Positions 58,528-64,000 of a DNA stretch of 64,000 nucleotides are shown piece after piece; position 1 is the first letter of the stretch, and every line of letters starts with the position of its first letter. Origin of the DNA: Acidobacteriota bacterium. GTDB taxonomy: Bacteria > Acidobacteriota > UBA6911. The notes beneath the pieces were generated by a model. That model was given only the letters and a program-made list of their open reading frames with translations. It searched no databases and was not told the origin of the DNA. The position numbers and the translations under genes are program-made. The stretch is from assembly GCA_963664705.1 (NCBI GenBank), contig OY761556.1, positions 6,432,001 through 6,496,000 on the forward strand, in the 5' to 3' direction.

Positions 58528-61500
58528 TTTGTCTTCGCCTGCCGTCGAGCTTCCGCAACGTGAGCAGCCAGTTCAACTGCATCGTTAAGCGCCGAAGATC
58601 GCATCCAGCAGCCTCGCAGGGAAGGTTTAACGATGTAGATGCGTGGCCCATCGAAAATCAGACCACTACGCGAGAACTGCAGCCGCCCCAAATGCTCCGT
58701 GCTGGAATCCTGCAGCTGGCGGAGAGCGCTCACTAGTTGGTTTGAGATGTTTCGGATTTCGAAATCGCGTGTAGTTCGGCTTTGGGTGAGCTCGACAAGA
58801 GCAATGCCGGATTCTTTATCCGCACCGCCAGTTGCACGTACGCGCACACCTTGGCTCGCCCAACCATTGAGCGTTTCGGTCAGCATCGTGGCATAAGGTT
58901 TCAGTGCAGCAGAGTCGATCGTTTGGAGTGTAGGAATTGATTTTGCAGCATCTAGGGAAGCGGGCGTGTCGCTCCTATCGAAGATATCGCAGGTGTCCTC
59001 AACCAGAGCTTGTTCCTGTTTGCCAATACCAAAGTACTCATATACGAGCGGTTCAAGTTCCGCCTGGAGATTACGAGCCTTCTCACGCTGGCCTTTTAGC
59101 CACATTTGAATGTCCGAATCGCCAGCATTCCCAAATAGTGGGCCGAGGGCTTGTGTATTTGTCCGCTTGTGCCGTTTTTCGGCATCGACTTCCATGTCTT
59201 TCATTAACTTGCGAATCCTCACAGCGGCCTGACTCACAATGGAACTGCTGTTGGATTTGGCTGCTTCGCTTTCAGGTAGAAAGAATGGAAGTCGGAGAAA
59301 CTCCGGCATGTGAACCTTGTCACGCTCTGTACCAATATTGGAAGCTGTATGAAAAACGAAGTAGCGAGCAAGCCTAGAACGTAATACCACGGCAAGCCAC
59401 ATTAGAAGGTCCGTGTCGCCTGAAGTCCCAGCAATGGATTGGAGCGCATGCTGGAAGCGCACTTGGTAATCAAAAAATGCTGCCGTGCTGAATCCCTGAT
59501 TGACCAAAACAAGCGGACCCTCGAAAATTCGTTCATTGCGGGAGCGGTGCAATACATCAAGTCGATAACCCTTCGACTTAAAATAGGTGCCTATTTCGTG
59601 GGTTAGGCTGCGGGGCAAGACGAACAAATCCTCGATCAGTTTTGGAGTGACGAAAGGATCAGATTGCGGCCACCTCATGGCCTTAGGTTTTTCCTCCTTG
59701 CCACCCGCACGTAGTGGCTGGAAGCCTTGACCTTTGCACCAACGTTTCTTGCCTTGCTTAAACTCAGTTACAGTTCCGACAAGATCTCCAAGTGGAGGAA
59801 GCGTAAACAGGTAATTGAGGAACTTCAGATCCCGTGGTGTCCCCCAAAGGCGACTTTTCCACGCGATGCTGCTGGCCTTCTGTTCGGCTGCAGCGAGCAC
59901 GAATTGCAGGGGGATCCATTTCCGGTCCTGTGGAGCAACCTGGATAACGCCGTCTCGGAGGTCGGCTCGGGATACCTTCGGCGTAATATATTCGATCTCG
60001 TGGATGGCCTCATCGGGCTTGTGTGGAGTGAAGAGAACAATGTTGCATGGACACAGGGATTCCTTGAACAAAATGAACCTGTAGTCAGCGAGCTGGACGA
60101 CCTTTTGGAGAGTAACGCCACGAAGCCAGTTGGATTGGAAGGTATCGGTTTGGTTTAGGAAGACCTTTGATGGCAGAAGCAGGCAAGCATGGCCATCAAC
60201 TTTCAGCACCTTGGGAGTCTCTTCCATGAACTGATGTGCAACCTGTTTTGTGCCGCGTCCAGCCCATGGCGGATTCCCTATTACCAGGTCGAATTTGCCT
60301 TGCCACTTCGGAGCGATATCGAAGAAATCCGCTTCGTGGACGACCGGATGTTCTGGTGTTCGCTTTGCTCCCATGGCATGGAGAAGATTTGGGAGTTTCT
60401 TGCCAGTATGGAGTTTATAAGCGCGAATGTGAGGCGGGTCGAATTGGTCCAGAAATGCAAGATACAGACTGAAGCAGGTAATACGGCAGGCGGTAAGATT
60501 CTTGTCCACACCACACAAGCAGTCGAGGCGCTGCAGCAGGGCATCGGCCTTAGTCTGGGGTTGCGGTTCTTTTTGTCCAGCGCGCCACTCAGCCGCAAGC
60601 CGATTGAAAAGCATCACAAGAAAAATTCCGGAACCGCATGCTGGATCCAAAAATCGCCGCTTTTCAGCAAAAAGAGGTTTAATGCCTTCCAACGCCAGAT
60701 CAAGCGCTAAATCGGCAACGAAGCGCGGTGTGTAAAATGCGCCGGCGGAATGCTTCCCTTCTTCGTCCTCACTCTCAAGAAAATTCTCATAGATGGCGCT
60801 GATGGTCTCAATGGGGATAAACTTGAAATTATAAGCCCAAAACCCAAGAGAGCGCTGTCCTCGCCCTTTTAGCAAATTGTCTCCGTTCAGGAAACGATGA
60901 ACAACCTCCACATGCTCAGCCCGAATGAGTGAAAGCTCTACACCGAGAACCTCATCAAACATGCTGCCGTTAAAATCACGTTGCAGTGCGGGGAAGAGCG
61001 TGCCGTATAACGCCCCAATCGGATCCGCTGATGCGGCGAGCAGTTCATGAAGGTGCTGCCACGACTTCCCTTTGAAGTAATCGGACAATTTGATGATTCC
61101 GCGATCGCAGAGATAGCAGGCAAACAGTATTCGTCCAAGGAAAGTATGGGCGAATTGAGCTTCCAGGCCACGATCAATGAGCAAATCGCGCACGGCAGTT
61201 AAATTATCAAGAAGATAGGCATCAACTGTTTCGCTGGGCTGGAAATTTTGTTCTCGGCCACCGGCGTAATATTGGCCAGTACCAACTTGAACATAAAAAC
61301 GCTCTGCCCAGCTTGCTTGCACGGCCAGGTCGAGTATTTCAACCAGCCGGTCATTTACATCTCCATCCGTCACTCGTTCGGGATTAATCGGGCTTGTCAT
61401 GGAAGAGAACACGCGCACTTTTTGGGGATCGCGAAGGAGCAGAATGGTTGCGACTCCTTGATTCCAGAATTGGAGATGTGCATTCGCAGCATTTTGCGCA

Positions 61501-61706
61501 GTGACCGGCCTGGACTCATCTCGAACGTAGACGGTGGGAATGCCGTTTAGTGTGAGAATGCCAGACAGATTCATATCATCCCAAGCATGGAGCAGCATGC
61601 GCTGATAACCATAGATCTCAGCAGCATGCAGAATTTCATCTCGTGAGCGGTAAAAACGGAATCCGCACGGAGGCTCCGGAAGTTGGGGAAGGCGCGCAGT
61701 ACTCAT
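58524..61706 (-). CDS. Large N6-adenine DNA methyltransferase (Eco57I/type IIG-like scaffold)
   Basis: GAFYTP, FLDPACGSGIF (motif I), IGNPPW (motif IV), C-terminal TRD-like region. Start at ATG 61706 overlaps the lexA stop. Confidence 0.88.
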   Translation of the reverse strand: MSTARLPQLPEPPCGFRFYRSRDEILHAAEIYGYQRMLLHAWDDMNLSGILTLNGIPTVYVRDESRPVTAQNAANAHLQFWNQGVATILLLRDPQKVRVFSSMTSPINPERVTDGDVNDRLVEILDLAVQASWAERFYVQVGTGQYYAGGREQNFQPSETVDAYLLDNLTAVRDLLIDRGLEAQFAHTFLGRILFACYLCDRGIIKLSDYFKGKSWQHLHELLAASADPIGALYGTLFPALQRDFNGSMFDEVLGVELSLIRAEHVEVVHRFLNGDNLLKGRGQRSLGFWAYNFKFIPIETISAIYENFLESEDEEGKHSAGAFYTPRFVADLALDLALEGIKPLFAEKRRFLDPACGSGIFLVMLFNRLAAEWRAGQKEPQPQTKADALLQRLDCLCGVDKNLTACRITCFSLYLAFLDQFDPPHIRAYKLHTGKKLPNLLHAMGAKRTPEHPVVHEADFFDIAPKWQGKFDLVIGNPPWAGRGTKQVAHQFMEETPKVLKVDGHACLLLPSKVFLNQTDTFQSNWLRGVTLQKVVQLADYRFILFKESLCPCNIVLFTPHKPDEAIHEIEYITPKVSRADLRDGVIQVAPQDRKWIPLQFVLAAAEQKASSIAWKSRLWGTPRDLKFLNYLFTLPPLGDLVGTVTEFKQGKKRWCKGQGFQPLRAGGKEEKPKAMRWPQSDPFVTPKLIEDLFVLPRSLTHEIGTYFKSKGYRLDVLHRSRNERIFEGPLVLVNQGFSTAAFFDYQVRFQHALQSIAGTSGDTDLLMWLAVVLRSRLARYFVFHTASNIGTERDKVHMPEFLRLPFFLPESEAAKSNSSSIVSQAAVRIRKLMKDMEVDAEKRHKRTNTQALGPLFGNAGDSDIQMWLKGQREKARNLQAELEPLVYEYFGIGKQEQALVEDTCDIFDRSDTPASLDAAKSIPTLQTIDSAALKPYATMLTETLNGWASQGVRVRATGGADKESGIALVELTQSRTTRDFEIRNISNQLVSALRQLQDSSTEHLGRLQFSRSGLIFDGPRIYIVKPSLRGCWMRSSALNDAVELAAHVAEARRQAKTK

Positions 61707-62308
61707 TTGCTTATAAACCTTATTATTGCACGAGCAACACCTTGAATTTGAAGATCTGTTACGGGAATCAGATCGGAGAAAAGGGGATTTTCGGCCTGCA
61801 ACCACACTTTTCTCCCCTGGCGGATGAACGTTTTCAGGGTGGATTCGCGATCAATAAGAGCGGACACTATATCACCGTTTCGCGGAGCAACGCCCTGCTC
61901 GATTAGAACGATATCTCCATCAAGGATCTGTCGACCTATCATCGAATTGCCTCTCACACGAAGCGCAAAGGCTCGCGAGCGATCGTGGATACCGTAAACA
62001 GCAGGGTCAACATTAAGGCGTTCATCGGGTACTGTCAATGCTTCCTGAGGCTGTCCCGCAACGATGCATCCCAGCAGAGGAATACCGACAGCATTCTGGA
62101 CGAGCCGGATGCCTCGAGCAGAACCTTTTGCCCGCGTCAAAAATCCCTTTTTCACCAGCGCGACAACATGATCAAAAGCCGCCTTTGGACTCTTATACCC
62201 GAAGTGTCTGCAAATTTCGCGGTATGTTGGCGCAGGCTCGCCCTCCTTGCTCTGTTCTTTAAGGAAATCGAGCACTTCTCGCTGCCGCGCTGTTAGATTT
62301 GATCCCAT
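61703..62308 (-). CDS. lexA: LexA-family repressor
   Basis: LTARQREVL, PTYREI...FGYKS, IPLLGCIVAG.P (AG cleavage site), RVRGNSM (Ser), STLK (Lys), AENP. Confidence 0.9.
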   Translation of the reverse strand: MGSNLTARQREVLDFLKEQSKEGEPAPTYREICRHFGYKSPKAAFDHVVALVKKGFLTRAKGSARGIRLVQNAVGIPLLGCIVAGQPQEALTVPDERLNVDPAVYGIHDRSRAFALRVRGNSMIGRQILDGDIVLIEQGVAPRNGDIVSALIDRESTLKTFIRQGRKVWLQAENPLFSDLIPVTDLQIQGVARAIIRFISK

Positions 62309-62499
62309 ACTAAACATATGTATAGTACAGCGAAATTTATCATGAAACAATAGGGATTTCGACTGTGCCAATTTGATCGGGATCGGTGGCTTGAATACAA
62401 AATAGCGAGCAAATAGGAGTGTCCGCTATGCGGTCTTTCGCTCTTCACGCCTTTGTTTTTGATACCGAGCGTGAGATTCAGGAGCCTGGGTTGGATATT

Positions 62500-62937
62500 C
62501 TAGAAAGAAGAGTGTCGGCTTTTAACAAATTCTGCCAGGATCCAGCCGATTCGGCTTTTCCATTCGCCTTCGAGAAGGCGGACCTTCATGCAGGTGCCTT
62601 TGTTTTCCAGGATCTCTACGGGAGTCTTTTGATAGGCGGCGAAGGCATTCCCGTTTCTGGCGAGAATGCCGAGTTCGAAGATTGCTTGATTAGATGTCTC
62701 TGCTTTCATCAATTTGCTGAGGGATTCCTCGCTGACTGAAAGGTAAACCAGGTTGGTGGGAGTGCCTTTTTGTTCAAGCCAATATTCATATGAATTGTCC
62801 GCTTTCGCTGAGGAGTTCGCCGAAGATGCTGACGTTGAATTCTGGGCAGCCTCTTTGCCGCCTCCGCAACCGGCCATGATGCACACCATTATCCCCGAAA
62901 CAGCAATCAATGAGCATTTCGTTAGGATTCTATTCAT
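62500..62937 (-). CDS. Hypothetical lipoprotein
   Basis: Lipobox MAGC, Ser-rich linker, SH3-like C-terminus (KVRLLEGEWKSRIGWI). Confidence 0.65.
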   Translation of the reverse strand: MNRILTKCSLIAVSGIMVCIMAGCGGGKEAAQNSTSASSANSSAKADNSYEYWLEQKGTPTNLVYLSVSEESLSKLMKAETSNQAIFELGILARNGNAFAAYQKTPVEILENKGTCMKVRLLEGEWKSRIGWILAEFVKSRHSSF

Positions 62938-62959
62938 ACAAATTTCCCTTCCTCGTTTT

Positions 62960-63637
62960 TTACTTGTTGTTTAGGTTATTGCTTGCGGGGGATGTAAGAG
63001 GATATTGTGCCTTAGATTGTTTGTTTTGCAATATCCTTTTTCCCTGCAACTCCGCTATCAGCATTTCTGCCGATAATCTGATTGCCGGCGTCAATCCACG
63101 AGCGCTGCCGGCTCCATAGCGGATGAAAAAGGACTTCTTCAGTATCGAGTTTCTTAAATAAGCCTCGATCATAATCCCCGGCAGCGTTTGTTCGGTTTCG
63201 CGTTCCTCGATCCCAACAATACAAATGCCAACCTGGCATGAAGCCTTTGGATTGATGGTCAGTCCTGCGGCGGAAAGAGCATTTTCGAGAGCCATTTTAT
63301 AAGCGGATGAACAGCGTTTCCCATCCGTTATGTCCTTGAAGACCGCAATTTGAACATCATTGCCTCGTAGGGAAAAGCCCTCATCGAATCGGTATCCAAA
63401 ATATCCGTTCCCCTCCAGTTTCCTGTAAATGGGCATGGTGAAAAATTTGTTCAGACTGTCCGGCTCCAGGTAGACATCGGGGGAATCTTTCAGGAAGGGC
63501 TTTTTGGCACCAACTCGCGAGATCAAGGCCAGGGCTTCTCGCTGGTCAACTTTGCCAGGTGTTTCAGCGATAATTACGGAGGCAAGGAGCATTCCGAACA
63601 AGATTGTGCTTATGGCAAGCAGCCTAGCGAGTTGCAT
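62960..63637 (-). CDS. Hypothetical exported protein
   Basis: Signal-peptide-like N-terminus; overlaps the VirB10 stop. Confidence 0.65.
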   Translation of the reverse strand: MQLARLLAISTILFGMLLASVIIAETPGKVDQREALALISRVGAKKPFLKDSPDVYLEPDSLNKFFTMPIYRKLEGNGYFGYRFDEGFSLRGNDVQIAVFKDITDGKRCSSAYKMALENALSAAGLTINPKASCQVGICIVGIEERETEQTLPGIMIEAYLRNSILKKSFFIRYGAGSARGLTPAIRLSAEMLIAELQGKRILQNKQSKAQYPLTSPASNNLNNK

Positions 63638-64000
63638 AGTAGCTCCGATCCTTTATCCTGGCGAAAGGTGAGATCTGGATATCGTCCGAGAGATAAATCT
63701 TCATGGTTTTGCCCTGGTCTACACGGATTGTTGGAACGACCGAGGAATACTGATCCATGATCTTGTCGAGAATCTTCTGGAAATTGTCCGAAGTGCGGCC
63801 AAGCACGAGCGAACGAGTCGAATAAATATCGCTATTGCGCTGTGCCGCGCCTGACAGACCGTCCAGAACGCCAAAGAAGATCGCTGTGCCGAATTGCATG
63901 AACCAATGCCGATCAACATGAGACACCACCCCCAGGGCTCCTGTTTCATCAAGCGCCTTGAGAGCCTTCTGACTCACCGGCAAATCAATTGAGGGACCAT
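63624..64000 (-). CDS. virB10: TrbI/VirB10 family protein, C-terminal part (runs off the window)
   Basis: D.TGALG...VDRHW..QFG.AI, PTIRVDQG...IYLSDDI. Confidence 0.85.
   Translation of the reverse strand, partial: GPSIDLPVSQKALKALDETGALGVVSHVDRHWFMQFGTAIFFGVLDGLSGAAQRNSDIYSTRSLVLGRTSDNFQKILDKIMDQYSSVVPTIRVDQGKTMKIYLSDDIQISPFARIKDRSYYATR

Larger units (their letters stand above)
44300..64000. mobile_element. MOBF conjugative element (ICE or plasmid), partial; may also include the defence island to the left
   Basis: Relaxase, coupling protein, VirB11, VirB10, primase, ArdC and RadC cluster. No integrase or att site seen; boundaries approximate. Confidence 0.8.

Noticed and set aside
62315-62330. 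E. coli-type SOS box upstream of lexA
   Set aside because: Only one CTGT half-site matches (cata-tgtatagt-acag); the operator cannot be assigned from sequence alone.

Overview
Bacterial (diderm, anaerobe-like) window with four blocks. (1) 1-11.5 kb, cobamide and nucleotide metabolism: partial cbiZ, a cobalamin riboswitch ahead of a bzaF-bzaC-bzaD-bzaE-like anaerobic benzimidazole operon, convergent nrdDG under a second cobalamin riboswitch plus two NrdR boxes, and an intact IS630. (2) 11.8-27.3 kb, a predicted NikR regulon: Gate-domain membrane protein, TPR-like protein, DUF2117, two TonB-dependent receptors, a Nik/Opp ABC transporter, a methyltransferase, nikR and a divergent hldD + deoxyhypusine-synthase-like pair, with NikR-like boxes that embed -10 elements. 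(3) 27.5-44.1 kb, a defence island: a Druantia type I-like druBCDE operon extended by a coupled NERD-helicase, facing a divergent MORC/GHKL ATPase + long DUF4338 (DruA-like) pair. (4) 44.3-64 kb, part of a MOBF conjugative element (radC/JAB behind a large hairpin, VirB11, primase, relaxase, TraK/L/M-like trio, coupling protein, ArdC, partial VirB10) carrying a translationally coupled lexA - N6-methyltransferase - PD-(D/E)XK nuclease operon. Best candidates for undescribed systems: the rearranged and extended Druantia locus, the LexA-coupled RM-like operon, and the NikR-controlled DUF2117/HldD/DHS locus. All family assignments come from motif recognition by eye, not database searches.
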